DNA of 64,000 nucleotides, from NCBI GenBank assembly GCA_030704615.1, contig CM060732.1, forward strand, positions 13,578,001 to 13,642,000. Direction: 5' to 3'. Origin of the DNA: Takakia lepidozioides. Its lineage: Eukaryota > Plantae > Bryophyta. The notes beneath the pieces were generated by a model, which worked only from the letters and a program-made list of their open reading frames with translations, was not told where the DNA came from and did no database searches. How positions within the stretch are numbered: position 1 is the first letter of the stretch; each line of letters begins with the position of its first letter. A program made the translations under genes and the position numbers. Positions 49,947 to 61,829 of the stretch are shown here, piece by piece.

Positions 49947-52900
49947 ATGGCGAAAAACCCAAGCGCTACAGTGTACTGCCCTCCTCACGAGCATAGAGCT
50001 TCATTTCCGTGCAGAGGGGACATCTGCCGTGTGATGGAGAAATATCTGTGCGTTTGATACCACCTGAAACCGGGGTCAGTTTTTTTGGAGGAGGAAAGGA
50101 AGGACTCAAACGGCGTTGTTGTCGAGAGTATTGTTGTGCTCCACGATGATTTCGGCGATGGCAGGGAATGGCGAGTTCCACCATCGGACAGCGTCATATA
50201 CAGGGCTGTTGGGGACTTCATTTGCCCGCCAAATGCACCTTCTATCCTGGCGCCTTCCACGAAACAATCCGCGAATCAGAGAGTGGGTACCTCAAAGAGA
50301 GAAGTCCGCAACGAAGTAAATCCAGAGCCCAACCCATCAATGAAGACGAGCGAGAACCGGGTTGTTCACAACCTATCCGACTCCGACGAGGTCATGGAAG
50401 TTCCGAGATCGTCCTGGAGATCAGGCAAGTCCTCAATGGACGTCAGTGGACGAGGGAGTCATATTCCCAGCACGAGCACCACAGTTCAATCCATTCTTGA
50501 AATTCTGTGAGGGCTTCACATGGATGGACACTGCTCGGAGCTGGCCGGGCTCGACTACAGCAAGTTCGCAATTAAATCGGTTACATGCCTTCCCGCAGAC
50601 GTCGACGGTAATATCTTCTTTGAGTTCCCTCCTCGGACGGACTACTCGAGGGCGTCCAGAATGTTGACAGATATGGATAGAAAACATGACGGTCATCCTT
50701 GGTGCGTCACCAAAACCACCAGCATGAAGATGCTCAATGGTGTACGGGTGCGCTACGTTGTTTGTGCGGGCGCGTTGCGGTGTTTCTCCCCAACTTGCTT
50801 CCATTTTAAATCCAGAGGTCACAGGAATGAGACCGATTGGACAAGCACAGCTCATCAACCATTTCGAGCTCAGGAGAAGGTTCCAAACTCCACATTTAAG
50901 TGTGCGCATTGCAAAGAACCACCACATTGCATGTCTGTTTGTAATGCCAAGCAGTTCTATGTGTTGCACCATTTCCCTGACCTCACTCGAGCTTGCATAC
51001 ACGTTGGTTCCCATTGTCACAAATTGGCGAGGGGGAACTCGCGGGAGGCTGCCCACGAGGCAGAGCAGCTCGTTCAGGAGGAGGTTAAGTTGAGACCGGG
51101 TGCCAAACCCAAACAGATACAGCTCCAAGCCGCCCATAAGATGGCATTGGCCAGAATTATGTCGGAAGACGGCTCCGATAGAGTTCCTCTCGATGACAAG
51201 GAAATGGAGGCATTGCTGGAGTCGGTGTCCCACATCTGTTCACCGAATGTCCGAAACCACATTGTCTCATGCAAACAAAAAATTGGGCGTGGCTCGGATA
51301 TGCACTCCATTCTGGAGGTGAAGGGACGATGTGGATATGACTACATTCATGGAAGTAGGTTTCCAGGACAAGGGACTGAGGCAGATCGTTGTTTCGTATT
51401 CAAAATGTCCACGTGTGGACCTGGCAGTGGTGTCCAATTGGTCGACAGGATGACGAGTGGGGACTTGTCAAACAGTTGGGTCATGTTCGACCATATCAAG
51501 CGAATTACAAATCACTAGTGGGTGACAATGGGTGCATATGTCTACGACACCCACTGCAGGATGCTAATGACAATTGCTATTTGTGAGATGAAAGGAGAGG
51601 ACACACAATCGGAGATGCTTCTTTGGCAGGGAATAAACGAACAGATGGCCAAGGCGAGATTGCCCCCTCCCAATTTCCGTGGTTTCATGGCGGACAACGC
51701 ACAAGCAAATTGGGCTGCCATCTGAAGGGTGTACGGGCAAGACCCCAATGTTCCCATGGAAGGCAAGGAGAGATCTTGTGGGTTCCATTTTCTGCAGAGC
51801 CTTTCGCAGTACACAACCAGGCTCTTGGCGCCAGATTTCAGAGATGAGCACCGTTCCATGTGTCTTGTGTGGAAGCGCGCTCCCACCTTGGATGATGCAG
51901 AGACACAATTTGCATGTATACGGGCTTGGTGGACATCGTCAGGTGCTGTAAGGAAATCAGACGAGGGAGCAATGGTCAGTTGGCTAGCATGGTGGCATTA
52001 TCGTTTCCTCCAGTTTGGCGACTATATGCGGGAGGTGAGTTGCACGAATTCGCGTCCCGTTGAATATTATTCTTGGCATTATTTGTAACTTGCTTGTAAC
52101 CTCAACATGTGCTTGTGCAGGAAATGTGTCTCGACTCCGACACCGACATGCCCACGACAAACATGGCCGAATCAGTGCATTCTTCCTGGCGTGCCTCCTC
52201 TGTGGCGCATCTGGTGGACATCCTCACTGCCACAACGGAGGACATTGTGAGGTCAATTATGCAGCAATGCAGGTACAACGAGTTCTTGAAAGGGAAACAG
52301 TGGGGCTTGGGGCCGGACAGGCAGGAAATGCTGATGCGGACTGCCTCCAGATCGAAGAATCCTCGTAAGTGGGCGGCGGCCTTGCGAGAGGGCCTTCGGG
52401 ACACGCCATTGCTTTGAAGAGGCCAACATTTGGAAAGAGATGTTCATACCCGTCCAGTGAGACGAAGACTTGACGAGGCACCTGGCGGGGAAGAGGATTC
52501 ATGGCAAGCTGACAAGAATATTCGCACGCTCCCTCGTGGTCCTGTGATGTTGCCCGAGGAGGTCTCGTCGAGCACCGCAAGTCCTGCACATTCAAGATCG
52601 CCATCTCCTTTGAGCACAGGGCACGTGCCCGGGCAACATAACGAGCCATCTATAGTAAAGCAGTACAACATTCCCATTGTGGAAACAAGAGTGTCGGAGT
52701 CACAGTGGAGAATTGCAAGGACATTGCCGGAATTTCGAGGGAAGTGTTGCGCCATCCGGGTGGATACGAGAGCACACTGTGGTGAGATGATTTGGAGGAA
52801 CCCACACGGTGCTATACCTGCACCTTGTTTCAGCGGCAGATTTTTGACTCCCACATTTGCTCACGCCACAACGCAGACGTTTTGGTTCTGTAGGCATGAC

Positions 52901-53539
52901 ATAATGACCTGTGTATTTGGCAAGCCCAAGTACGGGATTCAGGGAATGCCGGAGCCTCCGGGCGTCTGGCCTGTTGCACCGGGTTGCAGCCTCTCTCAGA
53001 ATGAGGCGGATGCTCTATCTGCAACAGGATTTTGAATGGTGCAACGCACAGACGTCCCGGCCCACGCATTTCCAGTTCCTCAGACCCAGCCATTGCAGAC
53101 TGCTCGGTCCAGTAGAGACGGATTGGACAATTCTGCACATCCCACAATGCGATTCGGAAGAGTGAAGAGACGACACCCTCCCAACAAGTTGAATGAGACT
53201 CGAATTGCCAATGCTTTTGGGATGACTTGCACTATTCAGAGCTCCGTGGACGTACCTCCACCCGGCCTTGGGCGTGTTTATCGGATGGCAACGGCTGGCT
53301 CGGCTGTACGCGACGATGTATACACAATTACGATTGGAGTGGAGCCGACTTGCAATTGTACGGACTTCTCGTTAATGGAAGCAAAGAAGGGTTCAAAGTA
53401 TTATCCGTGCAAGCATATGTATTACATTTACCTGAAGAGGTTGAGGATGAACGTGACTATTGATGACTTTATTCATGCACCGGCGTTGAGCGTGAACGAG
53501 CTGCACAAACTCCTCCTTAGGGATTCCAGAAATCATTGA
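49947..53539 (+). pseudogene. GCM-DDE-SWIM transposase of element 2; intron 52035-52120, multiple nonsense codons
   Basis: HDGHPWCVTKTT..CAGALRC, MFDHIKR, FMADNAQAN, CGFH, TNMAESVH, CNCTDF..PCKH. In-frame stops at ~50055, 50508, 51516, 51723 and 53033. Confidence 0.9.
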
Positions 53540-53694
53540 TGGGGCAAAGAGAATCCTCCATATGGATATTTTCAATTGCATTTTCATGTATCAGATTTTT
53601 TTTTGCAGTGTAATGAAATGCACCCCAGAACTCCTGGAATGAGGCAATATTCCATTCAAACTGAGATCCAACAGAAGCAGTTGTGGGGCCATTT

Positions 53695-54020
53695 CTGGAA
53701 AAATGGCGCCGAATTTCTCTATTTTGGGCCGAAAATTGGCTAAGTCCCAACATGCACTGGTACCCCTGTGCCTGGAAAAATGGCGCCGAATTTTTAGTTA
53801 CATGGCCCAGAACTGCCCAACATATGTGCAATCCCCGGCACCATGTACCGAAATTCGGCGCCACATTTCCAAATTTTGGGCTTACACACCTGTCATGAGG
53901 GGACCTATAGCCGCGGAATTCGGCACCATTTTTCGCCAGAGAGACCTATTACCGCGAAATACGTCGCGGTTTTTTCCGGTTACGGACCCTACTACCGTGA
54001 AATTCGGCGCCATTTTTGCA
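53695..54020. repeat. Right subterminal AAATTCGGCGCC motif cluster of element 2
   Basis: Five copies in both orientations (~53698, 53774, 53850, 53916, 54000). Confidence 0.8.
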
Positions 54021-54954
54021 CATGTCGCTGGGTTTTGGCATGAGCGGAAGACGAAATATCATGAGCACAACTCTCAAAACTACAATTTTCCCTTCAAGGT
54101 GCCGAATAATATAATTGTTTTTTCTGACACATTGCATTAAATTAATGTTTTATAATGTTTTTTATTTTCGAAATTTGTACTTCTGCTCATGAAAACCAAT
54201 TGTCTTGCTACTCCGCTCATGCTCATGAAATAGCTAACCTCGTCTGATTTACTGCAGGCTGGACCAACAAGAGTCATATGTGCACAGATACTGAATATAT
54301 ACAATGACATGTTGTTCTTACATACCCAGAAGGCCTTGCACGATGCATGCTTTGGGGTGCTTACATTTGGCCAAATGTGAAGCTGCAATATGGCTTGTCA
54401 TGCCCAAGAAGTGTATTTGGTGGCAGGCTCGAAGTGTAATTAATTGCAGGCTGGTCCTTCCTGCTGCCGGTGTGAACACTCCCTGAATGTGTTGTAGGGC
54501 AGGCTGTTCTTACCTACTTTGCATAATGTTTGTCTTGGATCACCTCAAGGTACTTGTGTATACATATCTTGGATCTGTAATGTGGCAAGATGCTCCTATA
54601 TGCCCATGATATCTTGCATGGTGCATATCTTATGGATAACTATGGATGATGTAATCTGAGGATGCAATCTGACTTATATTGTGCAAGTGGGTCACTTGGG
54701 TACATGACAAGAATCTGATTATGAACATACCCCGCCCTCCCACCCTGTTTTATCATGACTGAATGGGTGGCGTCACTTGGTGTGTTATGACAGGACTGGA
54801 AATGTTAGATGGTGCCCTGTCATGGGGCTGTTTATGTCTTCAATTGACAATGGCCCTAGTTGGTCTTGTCCATGTCTTGACATGACAATATCTTCCCTCT
54901 ATCTTATTAACTTTTTCCACCCCTTCTTTCCCTCTGTGGTTTTTTTTTTTTTGT

Positions 54955-57360
54955 GAGCAGCACGAAAGAGAGGGAAGATATTCATGTCATGTCGAGACAT
55001 AGACAAAACTTTTAAAGTCATTGTCAGAAAAAGACATTGCAGCCTCCTTAAAGGCACTATCTAACATCTCCATTCACACATAACATCCGATTTGATTGAA
55101 TAATGAAGACTTCAGGGTATCTGAAATCTCTGGGTGGGAGGGTGGGAATTGTAAGATATTCATCATAGAAAGAAAAAATTCCATCACCATCAAAATAGAC
55201 TGGTTTCATATTCCATAGAGCAGAGTAATTGTATCTCTCAGCCATATTGAGATATATCTGCCACATAGCAAGATATGTTCCCAAGAACAGCTGGAAAGTT
55301 TTAAAAGCAACCATGTCTTTTAAACGAACATCCTCAAGAGCATTTGCATAGTGGTTAGCAAAACATAAAATGCATTTATAGGTTGTATTTGAACTTATCA
55401 GCAGCAGGCCCAGGCCTGAAGTGTTTGCTTCAGGGCTTTATCCACATTCTACTAAAGTACAAAACAGATAGGCTTCCATAAGGCATCTTTTAGGTCTGGG
55501 GTACCAGTACCTAATAGTTATAAGTGTGATTGCCCCATTGTTCCTGGTTCAAACACTATAACTATGTAGCAGGTTACGTTCCCAAAATGACTGGCAGCAT
55601 TTAAGCGAGACCAAGTCTGCTAGAGAGGCTTCCATAAAAACATTGCGAAGTACTTTTACTAAGCAATGATTGCAGCAGCAATACTATTTGAGTTTCCTAA
55701 GCAGAATCAGGCCTAGAGTTGATGTTCCAGGGCCTTATCATCATTCTGCCAAAGTAAGAAAAAAGCTCAAGATGTACATGTTTGTTATTAGATCAAAACC
55801 AACAGCATGTGGTAGCTTAAAAGAATGTATGTATTATGAAGAAACTAAACAAGCACTGCCAGGTATGATCTGAACACAAGCTGCATAAACCAGAGCTGTC
55901 TTGACTCATCAAAAGACAAAAAATAGTGCCTGAAAAAGGCAACATACTGCCTTGTCAAGCTGCAGCTAAGGTAAAAAAAATGCCACAATGCGGCTATGTC
56001 AAGACAATAGATACCTTTCAGTAGAATATGTGTATTCTATGAATGCTAGCATATGCCTGCCCTTTAATCATGTAAATTGAGTTGTCAACAACTAGAGAAC
56101 AAGTTAAAGAGTACAAAATAGGTCCTCCCCTGATGTCTCATTGGAGTTGTAGTTGCATTCAGCATCAGCCACATTTTATGCAGAGTTCTTCGCATCTGCA
56201 AGCTTCAAACATTATGTAAGGTGAAGATCCTCACCTGCGCCCGTCCCAAAAACCACCACAAAAGACATTTTGTGTGTTAGTGAGGATGCATCGGGTGAGT
56301 AACAGACCTTCACACTTGCTATCGATGTCATCCATATAATCTAAAGCAAGCATATACAGGGAACAAAGCATTAAACCACCAAGACCTTAAAGGCTTGTGG
56401 AAGCGGCGAAGCCTGCAACATGGTGTCCAAGACGTGCATTCAAAAAAGTGCAAATAGATTGCTTTGCTGAAAAGAATGAAGAATGAAGAGTTTATCAAGT
56501 GAGAGAGACTCCCTGAAAACCATGCAGGTGCTGCAGCTTCATCAATGAGCATTCAAGGGTTCAGCTAGCAACCAAATTGATTGATTCGCAGAAAAAAAAA
56601 AAAAAGGTACCAGTAAGGGAGTTGAAGATCCAGCCACACTTGCGCATGAAAAGTCTGGTAATCAGACCTAAATTTCAGATGCCAGGCTGCATAGCCCTCA
56701 ATGTGAGGTCCAGAAGCATCAAAACACCTTGGATTCATTCAATTCCAGCCACATTTCCAGTGTGAAGACATAGCCGCCAATGCACATGGCAATTAGGCCT
56801 GGAATCAGGCTGCAAAATCTTCATAAGGCCCCACCATGGGCATGAAATGCTTCATATTCCTGCAGTAAAAGCACTTAGCAGCCCCCATTCACACCAGCAG
56901 AAGCTCACATTTGAAATCAGGTGTGAAGACATAGCCGCCAATGCACATGCTGAGACCAGCGATTAGGCCTGGAATCAGGCTCGAATGCTTCGGATTCCTG
57001 CAGTAAAAGCACCTAACAGCCACCATTCACACCAGCAGAAGCTCATGCAATCAGGTATGAAGACATAGCCGCCAACGCACATGCGAAGACCAGCAATTAA
57101 GTCTGGGATTCTGCTGCCAGGCTGCAAAGCCTTCATTACGCTTCTCCATAAGCATCAGACGCCATGAATTCATGCATCAGGAGCACTTAGCTATCACCAT
57201 CCACTCCAGCACAAGCTTAAGCACGAGCTTCGTGCTTTTTTTAGGTTTAGCAAAGTGATAAGGCCTCACTCCACGCGATTTCATCCAGTGTGGATGAAAT
57301 CGTGTATAACTGATAACATTAATAGGCATTCATCTCTGATGTCATCCTGTATGGATGTCA
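54955..57360 (+). mobile_element. Third, diverged copy of the foldback arm family
   Basis: Begins GAGCAGCAC..AGAGAGGGAAGATATTCATGTCATGTC, like 41594. 56218-56330 matches 42890-43000. Confidence 0.6.
56760..57200. repeat. Tandem repeat, ~130-160-bp unit x3
   Basis: GTRTGAAGACATAGCCGCCAAYGCACATG at ~56760, 56922 and 57055. Confidence 0.8.
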
Positions 57361-58752
57361 TTTGTCCACTATAAATGCTTGTCAACTTTGTCCACCCATA
57401 GCTCTCTACTCGTCTCAAGTCTCTCCAATCTACTCTCTAGTGATCACGAACTTCCTCCTTACCAAAAGCAAAGGGCCTCAAGGCCTACAATGAGCTAGAC
57501 ACCTTGTCTTAGCTCTCCAAAAGCACACCTTCCTAAATTAGGGAGCTTCAAGCTCCACTCCCTAGGACCTATGCTCCCTCTAGCAAACTAAACTACAACA
57601 AAGCAAGAGCAAAGCAAAGAAATGAACTAGGTGAAGAAAAAAGGAAGCCTTGCCCTTCTTTTATACTTTTTTTGGGGCTCTTAAATTATTGTAACTATTA
57701 TAAACTAGAGGGAGATATAATATATTTTTTTTAATAAAGATCGGTGGATCTAGCACAGCAAGACATGGGAATGTGGATGCACTGCCAGAGGTTTCAGGAA
57801 ACAGTGACTGCAAAGAGAGAAAGAGAGAGAGATTGTCCTTTGCAAGAAATTTTCAACATTCATGTTCTTGTCAGCTTCTACCTTACAATGACAAGCATTC
57901 TGATTGCCGCCATTGTCCCACCATTGCCTGGGGTTTGGGAAACAATCGTCCCAAAGCTTCTTTTTGTGTATTTGGACTTGGATATTTGCATCTGCTGAAT
58001 GTCACCGTGGATGAGATGACCACTGGTTGTCTTTCACCTCCAGGTAGCCTTCTTGCCCATTTTCCTGTCCATAAATTTCGTCCTCCTGTACTGGTCTCCA
58101 CTACCCTGCATTGGTTTGACACCGTTCGTAACAAATCTCAATACTGCGTCTACAACCGCTAGGTGGCGGTTAACATCCAAAACCTCCCTAGGGCGAATTT
58201 GAGTAATTTCATCCATAGAAATCATTTAAATCGGTCGCTGCAAGTGCCGTAAGCTTTGTAATTTGGTGCTGCTGCTAACCTTAACCATAAATCCCAAGAA
58301 TTGGTGATAAATTATGATTAGGTGCTCCGTAAGTGCCTGTAAATCCTCAGGTCAATCGGAGTTAAAAACCATTTCCAAACGCCATTTTTCATGGATCCGT
58401 CGTATAGGAAGTTCGCTGCTTCCTTGGAAAAAACATTCTAATGGTGATGCTTGTGGAGTTCTTGACCCTGCCACTTGATCATAAAAGCTCGGAAGTCACC
58501 TCTAATTATCCTTCTGCACCATTGGTTTGACCACGCTCCGCTCCAAAGTCGTTCGTTCTGCCGTAAGATGGATGCAACATCCTGCTGTTGTTGCGATATT
58601 TTATCGCTATACAATTCTTATGCTAAATTGCCAAGTGCCCTCACTGTGTGATCCTACTCGATAAGAGAAGAGGGGGAATAGACAGAGCGCAACCTGTCCA
58701 TACAATCACCCTCGTACGGTTCAAACGATTCTAAGATGCCGCTGGTTGTACC

Positions 58753-59406
58753 CACTATAGGAAAAGGGGGGCCTTTGCGACGCCCGAGCCACGCCGCAGC
58801 GTCGGGAAAACGCCCTTTTTGGGCACGCGGCAGGTGCAGAATTTGCGACGCCCGGCAGACGCATGGGCGTCGCCAAAATGACGTCGCAAAAATGCGATGT
58901 ATGGGGGTCGCGAGCCCCCGTCCCAACTCCCGCGACTGTCGGACGTCGTTTTTCAGGCCGTCCGCGCCGATGGCAGGGGCCTCCGTCGAGCAACGTCTCG
59001 CCGTCGTGGCCCTCCAGCCGACGGCATTGGTGGCGGCGTCGGCGCGGCGTCGCATCCTTTTTTTTCTTTCTAACGTGCCCGGGAGTCCTATCCTAAGACC
59101 CAAAAACACGTGGCGTAAGCCGGGTGGTACGCCAAGCGACTATTGGGCGTGGCAAAAAAAAACAGCAGGAGCAGGAGTCGGGCTCCGCCACGCCCGGTCG
59201 TGGTTTTTTGCGACGCTCTGGCGTCGGTTTTTTTTAATATATTTAATTTAAAAAAAAAAAAAAAACGTGGTGCAGGCAGGGTGGCGGGCTCCGCGACGCC
59301 CTGCTTGCGACCCTCCGGTCCAAAAAAACACGTCACAGGGGGTGTCGGGCGTTGCCGCCCGCAAATGGGATTTGCGACGCCCGACTGTCGCGGCTTACAA
59401 CCCCCG
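58753..59406. mobile_element. CACTA terminus with GCGACG subterminal repeats, related to 32752-33340
   Basis: CACTATAGGAAAAGGGGGG..TTTGCGACGCC resembles CACTACAGCAAATGGGG..TTTGCGACGCC. It is cut off by an LTR-like sequence. Confidence 0.75.
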
Positions 59407-59850
59407 TGTTAGAGGGCTGTCTGGGACTTAGACACTTTTATGGGCTCTGTGGGGTACCCTTAATTTTTGCGCAGACTTACGGATGGTAGACTTAGACCAA
59501 CAGAGGCCTTAGGGATGACAGGCACAGACTTTAGGAGTGGTAGACAGGTTTACACACTCAGTCACAGTATTACACAGTCGTACACAACCTATCATAGTCT
59601 GTCACAGTCAATCACAGTCTATCACAGCTCGACACAGCTTCACACAATTTCACACAGTCAGTCGTAGCCCGACACAGCCAGTCACAGCTCGGCACAGTCA
59701 CAGCCCGACACAGTTTGGCACAGCCCGTCACAAAGTACATAGGAAACGGTTATCTTTGGCAGGAAATGACTGTGTGGGAATGACATTTGCAGAGGGAACG
59801 TCCGTGTTGGAGGTACCGCCATCTGTGGCCCTACACCTTGCCCCCTGACA
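59407..59850. mobile_element. LTR-like segment (TGTTAG...CTGACA) with internal CACAG repeats
   Basis: Inverted terminal hexamers with TG...CA ends; the flanks do not form a TSD. Confidence 0.5.
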
Positions 59851-61829
59851 GATGTTGGTCCTCTTGTTGGTGCTGGTCCTTGAGGACCTATTGTTGTAGT
59901 GGTGGATCTTCTACCAGATGCTGGCCCCTGAGCACTCCCTGCTACTGGCCCTTCTATACTCACAGTATTCCCAGCTCTAGTTGCACTACTTCCCACACTC
60001 CCTGTCCCCCCAGAGCCAGATCCAAGCTTCTCGCCTGATCCCCCTGAGCCGACACCTTCGTTGGCCTGTAATTCAAGTGCTCCACTTGATCCAGGTCCAC
60101 GGGTTGGGATGTCCTGGTTGTAGTCTCAACCTCAACTGTTGGGTCTACTTCTTCATACCCCTCATCTTCCAAATTCTTCTCTTTGTTTTCATCTTCCAAG
60201 TTCTTCTCTTGGATTTCTTCTTCTTCACTCATGTATCTCAATTGCAATGGTGTTGGAGAGTCTGAACTCTCCGTTGGCTCTGTCACATCTTCCTCTCCCT
60301 CTTTATCTTGTGATTCAGAAACTGGAGTTCCTGCCTTTGGTGTCCCATACCAACTCTTATCAAGATTTCTGTCAAATCTTTTATCCAAGGATGTACCTCA
60401 GATCTCTCCCCTCGTGGCTGATCTTCTTCCTGTACCAAATCCCTTAATCTTTCTTTTAAAGAATAAGAAGGAGTGGCATCCAACTCTGGTTCCTCCGGTA
60501 TGGGTGATGTACTCTTCAACCTTAATGGTGTGAGAGGTCCAGATGATTCTCCTATGTCTATTCCTCTCTCCCAAAGATATAGATAATTAGCTTTCAAATA
60601 AATTTCTCTTTTTGCTGAATATCTGTGAAGTCTAGCTTCTCTTTCATCACTCATGTCCCATGTCTTTCATATTTTCAATGAGGCAATAACCAAAACTCTC
60701 TCCTATAGTATCTCTCGTATATGCCTGGATTTCTTTCAAGCTTCAATGCATCCTTAGCTATACTAGAAGTCTCTGTTACCATATAACCGTATGGCAAACA
60801 TGTTTGGAAAGCTGTTCTTGGTGTAAGTTTGATCCACAAGATATCCTTGAGAATCCAATTCTTTACCAGTACAAGTTATTCATGCATATGAGTGTAAACA
60901 TTCACTTTCCATTCCTCCCAGCCTTCAAACTCCACTCGTTTAATGGATAGCAATGCTATCACATAAACCAGTGTTGGTAACCAACTTGCTCTCCCTCTAC
61001 AGGCCACTTGATAAATCTTTATCACTCCTTTCTCCAAACCCCACTCAGGATCTGCATCATGTACTCTCTTAAAGAATGTTTTCTTTGCAACCGTTTGGCA
61101 ACTCCAAGAATCTCTGAAAGAATTGCTTGGACAACCTCTCTTTCTCAAATCCACAGGGAATTTGATTCACATCAAATTCTTTAATTCTCCATCCACCATG
61201 ATCCCACCAGATGCCTGTCGCATCTGGTTGTTCTTGACCCCGTTCCCCAGTATGGTCGCCAAATGTCGAGCGGCTTTTACTCACCAATCCCTTCGCTATT
61301 CGAGGTGGGAACTCCAAGATAGAAGAGTTGGATATCTCTAAGCACTCAGCCCGTTCAGAACAATCAGTCATGACCTACAGCTAGTGAATCATGGTTGTGC
61401 TTCCTGTTTATATTTCTTCTTGCCTTCATGTTAGCAAATTACCTTACTGTGTATACTGAAGCATCAGATTGCTTCAGTATCTACCAGGTTCCGTTCACTC
61501 ATCCATTCATTCCACAGCTTCACTCAAGTCTCTCTACACAGTGTGATTGTAACGAATAAGTATCAGATTAAGATTTATCAGGTATCAGGCCGAAGCCATA
61601 GTGTCTCTAATTTGCTCTACAGTATCACTACAGCTTTGCATGTAACGAGTATCTACTCATCATCTCTCCTCCTTCGCCATGCTCTCCTTCCTTGCTCCCG
61701 TTCCTGCTCTCCCTCCGATGTCCTTCCGTGAATCACCAAGAAGCGCTCTCCGTGAAAAAGTCCTCCATGATGCTTGCTCTGCCTATTTTATCTACAAGCT
61801 GTTCTAACCCCCTAACTAACTAACTGTCA
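59851..61829 (-). mobile_element. 5' part of a minus-strand Tat/Athila-like LTR element (LTR ~61829-61264, PBS, degenerate first ORF)
   Basis: Minus strand reads ..ACA-TT-TGGCGACCATACTGGGGA, an LTR end plus PBS-like sequence, followed by broken ORFs 61154-59960. The outer LTR boundary is uncertain. Confidence 0.5.

Larger units (their letters stand above)
46652..54241. mobile_element. Mutator-like (GCM-DDE-SWIM) DNA transposon, element 2, 7.6 kb
   Basis: TSD GTCTGATT at 46644-46651 and 54242-54249. TIRs GGGGGCTGCTATTTCATGAGC and GAGGTTAGCTATTTCATGAGC. Contains a transposase homologous to that of element 1. Confidence 0.9.
41594..54900. mobile_element. Non-autonomous foldback-like element with ~2.3-kb imperfect inverted arms; right arm split by element 2
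   Basis: 41608-41790 inverts to 54721-54900; 42890-43010 inverts to 45790-45910; 43450-43580 inverts to 45245-45390; 43730-43900 inverts to ~44860-44970. Confidence 0.72.

Noticed and set aside
47386-49996. Long ORFs in both directions across the GC-rich arrays
   Set aside because: They are translations of tandem repeats with few stop codons. Only the HLRDCPWY segment was retained.
57368-58750. Possible mini-CACTA (CACTA..TAGTG) and a gag-like remnant
   Set aside because: No TSD or subterminal repeats, and the peptide similarity is too weak to name.
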